A DNA stretch of 64,000 nucleotides from contig CM097882.1 in the NCBI GenBank assembly GCA_044892505.1, positions 183,024,001-183,088,000 of the forward strand, in the 5' to 3' direction. Within the stretch, counting starts at the first letter, position 1. The number at the start of each line of letters is the position of its first letter. The notes beneath the pieces are model-generated. The model did no database searches. It saw only the letters and a program-made list of their open reading frames with translations, and was not told the origin of the DNA. The DNA comes from Schmidtea nova. Its lineage: Eukaryota. A program made the translations under genes and the position numbers. Shown in pieces: positions 25,113-35,600 of this stretch.

Positions 25113-25574
25113 ATGGAGGAAAAACTGAAAGAAATTGAAGAATTTCTCAACACAGAAAGCGAAACATTAGAAACGATTGGCAAGAAAATAAACCGATTTA
25201 GAGAAATTGAATTTCAGGAACCCACAACACAGACTGAGGAAACAGAGGAATTAATAAAGATAACAGAGAGAACAAGAAAAATCGACATAAAGACCCGCTA
25301 CAAATGGTACAGAACACGATTAGAAAACGCAGAATTAAATATTAAGTGCAAGCAAATAGAACAACAATTAACCTCAACATACAATCAATGGAGGGCGCAA
25401 GGGGTAGAAGCAGCGAAAAAATACCGACAGTGCTATATATGTGGGGATAGCGAGATACAAATTATGTTTTTACCTTGCGGACATTTTCGTTTTTGTAAGA
25501 TATGTGCCAGCAAGTGCGACCTATGTCCTATGTGCAACCTGAGGATAGACGATAAAATTATTGTATATTTATAA
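25113..25574 (+). CDS. Coiled-coil plus C-terminal C3HC4 RING protein (IAP/MDM2-type RING)
   Basis: CYICGDSEIQIMFLPCGHFRFCKICASKCDLCPMCNLRI at the extreme C-terminus. No BIR motif seen. Confidence 0.85.
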   Translation: MEEKLKEIEEFLNTESETLETIGKKINRFREIEFQEPTTQTEETEELIKITERTRKIDIKTRYKWYRTRLENAELNIKCKQIEQQLTSTYNQWRAQGVEAAKKYRQCYICGDSEIQIMFLPCGHFRFCKICASKCDLCPMCNLRIDDKIIVYL

Positions 25575-26055
25575 TAAATAAATTTGAATGGAATTTTATT
25601 GGTTTATTAATGATGAAATCATGGGTACAATTGTCATATATAAATAATTTTTGAGCTACTGCAAAGTAGTCCGATAAGAATCCATTGGGAGGTACCGATT
25701 GATCAACCTAGTCAGGGTGTATAGAAAGGGGCCCATCGCAAATGTTGGAAAGTTTTTGTGATGTGATTGATCACCACATCCTGCATTAATGGACCAACGC
25801 GATCTTTTTGTATATTTTGGTTGGGGAGAGAGATAGGGAAATCTTGATGGAGTAAAGCGCGCACAGAGAAAAATAAATAAAAAGTTGAAGCAGACTGATC
25901 AGGAATTAGTTATGATAGAATAAAGAGATAAATGACAATTTTTGAAAGAATAAAAGGTGCATAGTCAGCTCGCATAGAAGTAGTTATAACTCAGCTGAGA
26001 AATTTTAATCGCTAGCGAAGTTAAGAATTGTGATTAACCGGTTAAATAAAGTTAG

Positions 26056-26433
26056 GAGATTTGTCCCTTGAAACAAAGGGTTATGAGATTTGTCCCTTGA
26101 AACAAAGGGTTAGGAGATTTGTCCCTTGAAACAAAGGGTTATGAGATTTGTCCCTTGAAACAAAGGGTTAGGAGATTTGTCCCTTGAAACAAAGGGTTAG
26201 GAGATTTGTCCCTTGAAACAAAGGGTTATGAGATTTGTCCCTTGAAACAAAGGGTTAGGAGATTTGTCCCTTGAAACAAAGGGTTATGAGATTTGTCCCT
26301 TGAAACAAAGGGTTAGGAGATTTGTCCCTTGAAACAAAGGGTTATGAGATTTGTCCCTTGAAACAAAGGGTTAGGAGATTTGTCCCTTGAAACAAAGGGT
26401 TATTAGCGGTTTGTCCCTTGAAAAAAAAGGGTT
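26056..26433 (+). repeat. Tandem array of a 29-bp unit, 12 near-perfect copies plus 1 degenerate
   Basis: GAGATTTGTCCCTTGAAACAAAGGGTTA[T/G], with no spacers. Confidence 0.95.
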
Positions 26434-26475
26434 GAGGCCAATGAGCCATATTGAATGACCTAGCTAGGCGTTATG

Positions 26476-26699
26476 GAGAGATTAAATTAAGGCCAAGAGA
26501 GCCATTTGAGAGATTAAATTAAGGCCAAGAGAGCCATTTGAGAGATTAAATTGAGGCCAATAGAGCCATTGGAGAGATTAAATTAAGGCCAAGAGAGCCA
26601 TTGGAGAGATTAAATTAAGGCCAAGAGAGCCATTTGAGAGATTAAATTGAGGCCAATAGAGCCATGTGAGATATAAAATTGAGGCCAGAAGAGCCATAG
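26476..26699 (+). repeat. Tandem array of a 32-bp unit, 6 near-perfect copies plus 1 degenerate
   Basis: GAGAGATTAAATT[A/G]AGGCCAA[G/T]AGAGCCATT[T/G]. Confidence 0.9.
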
Positions 26700-27308
26700 T
26701 GAATTATAGAGATATCCGGATAAATAGTAACAGGGGGAATATAGACCCATAGTATAATCGTCGACGAGATTTAGAGTAGTGCGCACCAGTAGTTAAGAGA
26801 ATGCGAGTAAAGCTGATTATGCAACCTTAAGTAAAGCATGCAAGAAGAATAGTAAAAATTTGGGCTGACCGGAGCAACCGGCAGAATGAGTAAAACGATT
26901 GCTAGCAGGGAATAATGAATAGAAATGATAAAATAATGATAAACGAGTCAGAAAGACTCAGGTAATTAGAGCGCTCGAGCGACCAATAATTTGGGAAACT
27001 GTGGGAAAAGTAATCGATTTGATAAAACATAGATAATTATTACGACGTAAATAGATAATTGTGACCAGTCTATAGATAATTTAAATAGACTAAAAATAAA
27101 GGGGAATCTGGGAATTGGGAAATAATGAAAACCCAGTAATAAGTAATCCCGAAAGAAAGGGAATAAAAGCGCGACGATAACAATAATGTATCGTTGAGGA
27201 CCTTTGTATTTTAGATATACAAATCAATCAAACCAACCAATCGAACAAGAAGAATCAGAACACGATAAGAGATAAGACAGGAAAATTGAGTATACAAAAG
27301 TAATCCCG

Positions 27309-30300
27309 TTGAGAACAGGAGTAAAGAGTGTCGTAATAAAGCCAACAGAAAAGAAAGTCGGCAGTGAGAGCAATAAAAAAGACAAAACTAGTACTACAAC
27401 AAAAACAACAAAAAAGCAGAAAGCCGGCAAAGATAACAACAAGAACCCACAAGGGAGTAAAGCGAGGAAAATAATAAGAGATAAAGCGATTATCGAAAAC
27501 GATAAATTGTCAGTAGTAAGCAACAGTTCAAGTAACAAAGAAAACCAAGCAGAACCCAAAGAGAGCCAAACAAGTGAAATAGAAGTAGACGAAACTAATA
27601 ACGATAATATAGAAGAATTAGAGAGTGAAGTAGAACAAGAAGTAGAAATCAACGAGAGCGATAACGATAGTATAATATCAGATCACGAAGTAATAAGAGA
27701 AACAGAAAGCGATTCAAGCTCGAGTAAAACGGAAGACGAACATAACAACGAACTAGAAACAAGAGGAAACGAAAGTAAAATAACTCAAGACAGCGGAATT
27801 GAAATGGGTGAACCAAGAGAAGAAATAAAGGATAAATTTTCAGGAGAACCGTTTAACGGAGATGCGAGCAAATTAGAAACCTTTTTAAAAGAATTTGGCA
27901 TATTCGTGGAGGTATGCAAGTGGAAAGCTGAAACAACGGTAAGCAGAATTCAGTTATATTTGAAAGATAGTGCATTGGACCTATATTTGGAAGCGAAAAA
28001 TGGTACCAATCCACCTACAAGCTGGACAGCGATAAAGGATTTTTTCCAACAAACATTTGGAATAAATAAAGTGCTGAGCGAGGCATTCATAGAATTCTCA
28101 ATGAGGAAACAAAAGATGAATGAATCTAATGCGGTATACGCGAGCGAACTGAAAAAATTAGCAAAATCGGTATTCAAGGATGGAGGTCCAATAAACGAGG
28201 AGTTAATGGCAGCCATCTTCATAGGAGGATTAAGAAGACCCGACATAAGAGCACAAGTGGGATGTCAAGGATGCAAAACCATAGATCAAGCGTTAGAAAC
28301 AGCTAACCGATTTGAATTGCATATGATAGGAAGCGAAGGCAGAATTTATTTAGCCATGGACACAGCGCAAACCGAACCAGAAGTAAATCTCAACAATCAT
28401 ATTCCAAATTCGCAACAATTAAACCGACCACCCCCTCAACGAAGGAATGAAGGAAATAAAGTGCAGAACTTTGAAAATCAAAACAATTACAACCCTCAAA
28501 GACAAACAAAACAATGTAAAACATGCGGGAAGTTGGGACACTGGCAGCAAGAATGCTATCAAAATTTGAATTGCGGAAAATGTGGAGTCAAAGGACACTC
28601 GGAAAGCAGATGTTCTACAATAATCTGTTTTAATTGCGGACGACCTGGTCACTATTCAAGAAATTGCGGACAAAAAAGTAATCAACGAGGAAACTGGCAG
28701 AGTAATGGGAACCGACCAAATTACGGAAATCAAGCAAATACCGTAAACCGACCAGATTATGGGAACCAACAAGTCAATAATAACAATAATCAGAACAAAA
28801 CCACCCCCAAAGAAATACATTTAATGCAAGAAGTCCAAAGATTGACGGAACTTATAAACAATACGACGAGAGGAAATCCGCAAACCAATCAACAGCAAAT
28901 TAGCATGATGAGAAAAATAGAAAGCGAAAACGAACGATTGAATCGAGAAAGTCAAGCACGACACGCTCAGGAATGGGCAAGAATACAAAGAGAGGATGAA
29001 CAAAAACAGCAAGAAAGAGAACGACAACCTCTAAGAATTAACATGCTAAGAGCAACAAACCAAACAGACACTCGCGAGAAAGAAACCACACTGGAAATGA
29101 ATTCGATAGACCCGAATCCAGCCGACAACGAAAGTCGAAAAGAAATAGTACAAAAAGATGAAGAAGTAGAAAAAGAAGCAGAAAAGGGAGAGGAAACCGA
29201 GATAAACCAGGAAGAGAGAAGAAAAATTTGGAAAAAAGGAATGATGGTAATCATGCCCAACGACCATATGTTTCGATTCCAATATAACGCAAAAGAAAAG
29301 GTGGAAATACTGTTCAATAAAGTAAACCAGATGATTCCAGGAGTGACAAAACTGCCCAGAGAAGCGTTCTTACAAATAGGAGATGCACCATCAGTAAAAT
29401 TGAAATTAACGGATATATGGGAAAACATGGGAGTAGTAGAAACAAAAAGAAATGTGATGAGAATTAAAGAAATAGAACCAGAAGAAATACCACCACCAAT
29501 ACGTCACGAAACCCGAATCCGGCGAATATTTGAAGGAAAAATGATAAGAAGACGTTTAAAAGAGATAGACGAGTTGGGAAAGAAAATGGAAAAAGTCGAA
29601 GTAATAGAGGACAAGAGTGAACCAACACCAGAAATTGACAAAAACGAACCAGAACCAACGGAGAATATACAAGGAGAAACGAACCAAACAGCACATATTA
29701 ATATGTTAAGAAATACCACCAGAGAGTTTTCCGATGAAGAAGAAGATAGTGATATCAGTAGCCTAGCAGGAGACATATTAAACGAATCCGAAGACGAAAA
29801 TAAAGAGAGAGAAGTAATAAAGACCTCAGAACCTACACAGATAAAAGTAGATGAAATCCAGAAATTACTAGATAACTCGCTAGAAGTAATATATAACGAA
29901 GAGTTCATGGACAAGAAACAATATCGGAAATTCATGAAAGCATTATTACAAATGAACTACAAAGAATGGTTACAAGACCGGGAAGTAGACATGTTGAATC
30001 GATACGTAGGGAAATTAATAGAGGAACCACTTCTCAATTACACCATCTCAATAATAATAAATACATCTACACCAAGAATCTGGATCAAAACTCCATTTAC
30101 AGATGATATCTACAGATGGGTAGAGGACAGACTAGGGAGTTCATATAAAAACAAATTCATCTATTCGCAGAATAGACTCGTAAAGAAAAGAACGCACTTA
30201 GTAGAAACAGGTATATGGCCAGGAGAAATAACCCTATTATCAATATGTGATGAAAAGGAAGAAGAAAACCTACAAGAAGTTGCAAGGGAGGCAAACACGT

Positions 30301-32669
30301 GCTTCGAAAGGAGAATAAAACCTCGGTTAGAATACGAGAAAGAACGAGTCTTACGAAAGAATCTAAATTCCCTGATAGAACAAATCATACCACAAGTCAA
30401 AAAACATAGAAAAGAGTTAATGAGAAGCGAATACGAGAAATTGAAACGATGTATTGAGTGCATACGTGACACAAGTCACACGAGATGGTCACAAATCTCA
30501 CACGATAAATTAATCGCAAAAATGGGAAAAACAATGTTTAGACAAGGGAAAATAACAGATCTAAAAATTTTAGTAGAATTGCCTAACGAAGACACCAAAG
30601 AAATCGAAGTGGTAGCGGACTGCACCATTAAAGAATTAATAAATGTCATCAACGAGACACTAGTGCAAAGAGAACCAGAAGACGAAGGGGAAGACGACAT
30701 AATCATACAATACAACGAACATGTATTATGGGATCACGATGAGAGACGACTATATAAAATCGGTATATGGGATAATCACCAAACCATCCACGTTAGCAGA
30801 ATGGACGATACACCAAGAGAAACTGCTAAAGACGAGAAAAAAGAACGGGAACGACGGAAAGAAGTTGTGCGCAAATTACAACAAATAGTAGAAATTTATC
30901 GAAATTGGCGAATTTGGCCAGAGTGGGAAAATGTATTAGAAGAACTCAATCTCAACAGACGAATACGAACACCCGTAGAAAAACAATGGAACGAGAAAGG
31001 AAAATGTTGGGAACCAAAAGAAGGGGAATATGAAGAAGAATATAAAAGAGGAATTGAAGATGACTGCGAACCAGAGATGGGAAGGGTTTGCATGGTGACA
31101 AGGAAAGCTACGCCAATAGACCTAGATGGACCAGAAACCGCGGCTATGTGGTTGGAAAGGGAAAAGCAAAAAACGGAAGAATTTGTCGAAATATTAAAAA
31201 CTAATGCGCACGGTAAGAGAAAAGTAATAAAGGGTCTCGCAGATTTTTTCGTGGTAAATGGGGAAGATATAACATGCTTGCGTAAAGTAGCAAAAGCAAT
31301 CGCGGAATATAAAAGAGTTAACGAGTGGTGTCCGGAACAACTAGACCATGTAATTAGGAAATGGAGAAACCAAGAATTCTCGCAGGAAATTCCACAGAAA
31401 GTACATTTAAGAATAATATACCCAAACAAGGATAAGGAAGAGTTGTGGGTAGGAATAGCAGAAAAAATTCGAGATATTAAAAAGAAATTGAGATACGAAC
31501 CACCATTCCATTTACAACACCAAGGACGATCATTAGATAACAGTTTGGAAATCGGAATAACACCAGCACAATTAGACCTCATGAATACCTTGACAGTAGA
31601 AGCAATAGCGGGTCAACCATTGAAACGTAAAGAAGAAAACCATAAACCACACGGAAGTATAAGTACGCCGAGCCCGATGAAATCAGCACTAACACCAGGG
31701 ACAAGTTCGAGACGATCTGAGACAACACCCAGAGGAAATAGAGAAAGGACTCCACCACAACCATACGACGTGGACGAAATTTTAACGGATAGCGACGATA
31801 TGATAGAAGAGTTAACCGAATTAACAAGGGAAAAGGACGATAACATTTTCGAAAGAATACAGGAACTACCTACGACAATACAAGTAACTAACACCGGAGA
31901 AGCAGAAGTCGAAGAAGAAATAATAATAGAAGAAGTAAACGATTTGATAGAAGACGAAACGAGAGGAGCGAATGTCGAAAATGTACAATTAACGCAAGAA
32001 ATGGAAAGATGGTTAGAGGAAAGAGCTAACGAACCAAGAGATGTTACGGAAGAAACAGGACGGGCAACAAGGTTCGTGGAAACAGGTACAGGAATGGATA
32101 AACGACCTAGAGGTAGACCTAAGACAGACCCAGCGAATATAGTTATAAGAAATAAAGATGAAAAGAGACAAGATCAATGGGAATTATGCCTAAGGAAACT
32201 AAATAAAATTGCGGAGATGAAAGAAAAAGAGACAACACCAATATGTCAAGGGGAGGAATGGATATCGAAAACAATAATGGAAATATTGGCAATAATTGAT
32301 CCGGAATTAAGAAAATACTGGCGTATAACTGAGATAAGCGAAAAGGCGAAGTCACTACACAGCGCAATCGCACCCATCTTACCGGAATTCATAAAAGAAA
32401 AGACGAAGTCAAACCATTTAGACTGGCAAGGAACCACTACGTTAATAAAGAAACTGACAGAAAGAGCGGAAACGGATAACAAATACGTAATAGCCATTGC
32501 ATACACGATATACAATCTGTTGACATTGAGTAGAGGTCGACCAAAACCCACTGCATTAGAGAGACATATAAAAAATACCGCAAAGATTATAGCTAGAGAA
32601 ATAGAACCCTACGTCATTAACAAAGGAGGATGGGAAACATTTATAAAAACTAACCAGAAGAAAACATAA
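27309..32669 (+). CDS. gag: Extended Gag polyprotein: acidic/basic N-terminus, capsid-like region, 3 CCHC zinc knuckles, ubiquitin-like modules, C-terminal Bcl-2-like domain
   Basis: FSGEPFNGDASKLETFLKEF capsid-like start; CKTCGKLGHWQQEC, CGKCGVKGHSESRC and CFNCGRPGHYSRNC; BH2-like YVINKGGWETF. The track start is TTG and the first ATG is at 27804, so the true start is uncertain. Confidence 0.9.
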   Translation: MRTGVKSVVIKPTEKKVGSESNKKDKTSTTTKTTKKQKAGKDNNKNPQGSKARKIIRDKAIIENDKLSVVSNSSSNKENQAEPKESQTSEIEVDETNNDNIEELESEVEQEVEINESDNDSIISDHEVIRETESDSSSSKTEDEHNNELETRGNESKITQDSGIEMGEPREEIKDKFSGEPFNGDASKLETFLKEFGIFVEVCKWKAETTVSRIQLYLKDSALDLYLEAKNGTNPPTSWTAIKDFFQQTFGINKVLSEAFIEFSMRKQKMNESNAVYASELKKLAKSVFKDGGPINEELMAAIFIGGLRRPDIRAQVGCQGCKTIDQALETANRFELHMIGSEGRIYLAMDTAQTEPEVNLNNHIPNSQQLNRPPPQRRNEGNKVQNFENQNNYNPQRQTKQCKTCGKLGHWQQECYQNLNCGKCGVKGHSESRCSTIICFNCGRPGHYSRNCGQKSNQRGNWQSNGNRPNYGNQANTVNRPDYGNQQVNNNNNQNKTTPKEIHLMQEVQRLTELINNTTRGNPQTNQQQISMMRKIESENERLNRESQARHAQEWARIQREDEQKQQERERQPLRINMLRATNQTDTREKETTLEMNSIDPNPADNESRKEIVQKDEEVEKEAEKGEETEINQEERRKIWKKGMMVIMPNDHMFRFQYNAKEKVEILFNKVNQMIPGVTKLPREAFLQIGDAPSVKLKLTDIWENMGVVETKRNVMRIKEIEPEEIPPPIRHETRIRRIFEGKMIRRRLKEIDELGKKMEKVEVIEDKSEPTPEIDKNEPEPTENIQGETNQTAHINMLRNTTREFSDEEEDSDISSLAGDILNESEDENKEREVIKTSEPTQIKVDEIQKLLDNSLEVIYNEEFMDKKQYRKFMKALLQMNYKEWLQDREVDMLNRYVGKLIEEPLLNYTISIIINTSTPRIWIKTPFTDDIYRWVEDRLGSSYKNKFIYSQNRLVKKRTHLVETGIWPGEITLLSICDEKEEENLQEVAREANTCFERRIKPRLEYEKERVLRKNLNSLIEQIIPQVKKHRKELMRSEYEKLKRCIECIRDTSHTRWSQISHDKLIAKMGKTMFRQGKITDLKILVELPNEDTKEIEVVADCTIKELINVINETLVQREPEDEGEDDIIIQYNEHVLWDHDERRLYKIGIWDNHQTIHVSRMDDTPRETAKDEKKERERRKEVVRKLQQIVEIYRNWRIWPEWENVLEELNLNRRIRTPVEKQWNEKGKCWEPKEGEYEEEYKRGIEDDCEPEMGRVCMVTRKATPIDLDGPETAAMWLEREKQKTEEFVEILKTNAHGKRKVIKGLADFFVVNGEDITCLRKVAKAIAEYKRVNEWCPEQLDHVIRKWRNQEFSQEIPQKVHLRIIYPNKDKEELWVGIAEKIRDIKKKLRYEPPFHLQHQGRSLDNSLEIGITPAQLDLMNTLTVEAIAGQPLKRKEENHKPHGSISTPSPMKSALTPGTSSRRSETTPRGNRERTPPQPYDVDEILTDSDDMIEELTELTREKDDNIFERIQELPTTIQVTNTGEAEVEEEIIIEEVNDLIEDETRGANVENVQLTQEMERWLEERANEPRDVTEETGRATRFVETGTGMDKRPRGRPKTDPANIVIRNKDEKRQDQWELCLRKLNKIAEMKEKETTPICQGEEWISKTIMEILAIIDPELRKYWRITEISEKAKSLHSAIAPILPEFIKEKTKSNHLDWQGTTTLIKKLTERAETDNKYVIAIAYTIYNLLTLSRGRPKPTALERHIKNTAKIIAREIEPYVINKGGWETFIKTNQKKT

Positions 32670-32678
32670 GCCAAGAAT

Positions 32679-35600
32679 ATGAAAAAGAAATTCGAAAAAA
32701 TATTGGAAGAGTTAGAAAAAGAACAAGCAGGAACAGGAAACGCAAAGTCATCAATGAATCTGAGTGCCATAATAATGATGATGTTGATTTGGATGATTAG
32801 CACCGATAGCGCAACAGCATTCGAAGTGTTTGATTGCGACCAAATGAAGTTAGGAGAAAAGTATTCATTGAGAGGTACGGAGCAATGCAAAGATGCAACT
32901 CCAGTAGAGTTGCAAAAGATTAAAAAGGAACAATGGTACCACGTGTATCAAGAAGCAGAACTCATAAAGACAATGGTGAATGAATGTAAAGTGCAGAAGA
33001 CGAGATTCGCATTCTACTGCGGGAGAGGACATTATTCAGCAATTGTCATGCCAGGAACGGAAAGAGAACCAATCGTGTTACAAGGAGAAGACTGCGAAGC
33101 ACTGTTTAAACATGGAGAAGTAACAACAAGGGATAAAATCAAGATAAGAGGAAAGCCAGGAATGATGATGCAACAGACGTACTATGTAGCAGGACGGATT
33201 ACGGGAGGAGAAGGATATTGTCAAGGCGAAACCTACCCGATATTCGGAGTACCCGCAACCAACTTAGTGGTGATGGATACGTATATAGTCGAACTAAAAA
33301 GCTACGAAGCATTCTTCGAACCAACAACGGGAGAAATGAAAACGTTATCCATGTGTAAAATCGACAGGAGCATGTGTCAAACGGGAATGTCAACATTAGT
33401 GTACAAACCAAAGGTGAACGAATGTCAATTACAACTGCTACAAGGAGCACAGTTCGACGAAATCCAAGGAAAAACGTTTCAGGAAGAAGACGATGACGAC
33501 AAAGCTAGAGCAAAGCATCTCAAGGAAGCTTTGGAGAATAAAAGACAATTGAAACCGGATCATAGAGAAAAACGGATAGAGATGAGAGCCACACCAACAG
33601 TGTTGATAACCACAAATCAAGATGTGGGAATGAGATTCATAAAAGGGAAAGCAACCCTTAAGTGTAGTACAACGGTATATGAAACGAATTACCCAGGAAT
33701 ATATGTGTCAAAACAAGAAGTGCCAAATGCGAAACCCAAAATCGACACAATGGATATCAAACTACACTTGTATGTGAATAATAAAATGGATTTCCTATTC
33801 CATAGAGGACAAGCCTCATTACAAAAAGTGTATTACGATCTGATCAATAACGATTGTATACTGAATCGAGAAATACTAAAGACAAAATTGGCCGTAGCAA
33901 TTACGAATCCCGATAGCGCGATGCCATTATTACCACTGAGAGAAGGACATTTCGGAAGAGTGGTTGGAGAAGCAATGTATGTATACATCTGCGAAAAGAC
34001 ACACGCATCGCTAGCAGCAACAACACAGTTGAAACCTGGAACCTGTACAAATGAGTTAGAAATCGATTACAAAGGAAAAGTACGATACGTTCAACCGGTG
34101 ACGAGAATCATCAATCCACCAGGGTTTGAACCAAATCCATTCAACTGTAGTAATGCGTATGGACCGCTTTATCAGAAACCAGATGGTAAATGGGTTATGT
34201 TCCCAGGAAGATCCGAAGTGATAGCACCAAGAGAATTCGAGCTAATGCAGTTGTCAAAGGATAGGCAATTCAGCGACGTAGATGTCTCAAACAATGGAAT
34301 ATATAGTCCGAAAGATTTAGAAGCAGCAAGGCAGAATATATTATTCCCAGCAAGAAGAGAAGCATTACTGTCAAATATCGTAACGATAACGGGAGGAACG
34401 GATTATCGAGAAGGACCGAATTATGAACTATTGTTGTCACCAGCACATTTCAAGAAAGCCACAGAAAATATGATGAAAGCAATGTGGGGAAGATTTTTGA
34501 TATTCGGACAAATGATGGCCGGAATACTGGGGGTCATATTAATAATCCAAATCGTCAGAGTGATAATAACGCAAATGCTCGCATGTTTCGATATCTACAA
34601 GAGAGAAAAGAAAGTGAATTGGAAAATGGTAGTAGGGTTTTTACCATTCCTTGCGAAAACGATGGTGTTACACGGGCACTCAAAAGATATCCACCGAATA
34701 AAAAGACTCCTAAAGATATTAGCAAAAATGAAGGGAACAGATGAAGAAGTAGGACGAAAATTTAAAAAGATAATGAATGATGAACAAGCAAGACAACAGC
34801 TCAAGAGAGAAAGAAAAGGTTTATGGGAGAGGATGAAAGGATATAAAACCCAAAATGATTCGAGTGACGACGACGATGACGATGACGACTATAAGGGAGG
34901 ACAGGTGTATAAGAACCAAGCACCACAATACATCGAAAAGAATCCAGCCGACGCATGGAAATGTTACGCACCTCCACCAACAATGTATCAAGAACCACTA
35001 CAAGGAGGAAAAAATAGCACGATGCAAATGATGCCAATGACAAATGTATATCCCATGATACCAGAAGATTATAAAATGAGAAGATGTAGAAGCGTAGATC
35101 CACAAGGGGATACACACACGATCGCAGTAATGTCATCAAACACAGGTCCAGTATTAACCACGACAATAGAGATTAACGGAAGGGAAATCGAAGCAATGAT
35201 CGACACGGGAGCAAACATTTCCGCCATCGACATCAAATGGATACCACAAGAGCAAAGACGAGAAATAGAAAGGACAAACGTCCATGTAATTGCATGTAGC
35301 AAAGAAGTTGTAGAAGTAGCAGGAAGATGGTGGGTAAAAATACGCCATTTAAACACGGAAATCGATACGTACGTAGCTGTCATACCAGCATTAAGCGTAC
35401 CTTGCATTATCGGAACAGATTTGATGCCAGCACTATTTAAAGAGATTGTAATCGATCTTGGAACAATGAGACTAAAAGATCGCACCGGACAAATATGCGC
35501 AATAGAAGCCAAAGTGACAAGTTCAAAGCAAATGATAATACCCGCAAGAAAGGAAAAAATATGTTATGTAAAAATAGATCCAACAATCCAAGGGGATATG

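Noticed and set aside
26056-26699. CRISPR array interpretation of the 29-bp and 32-bp repeats
   Set aside because: Units are head-to-tail with no unique spacers, there are no cas genes, and the context is a eukaryotic retroelement.
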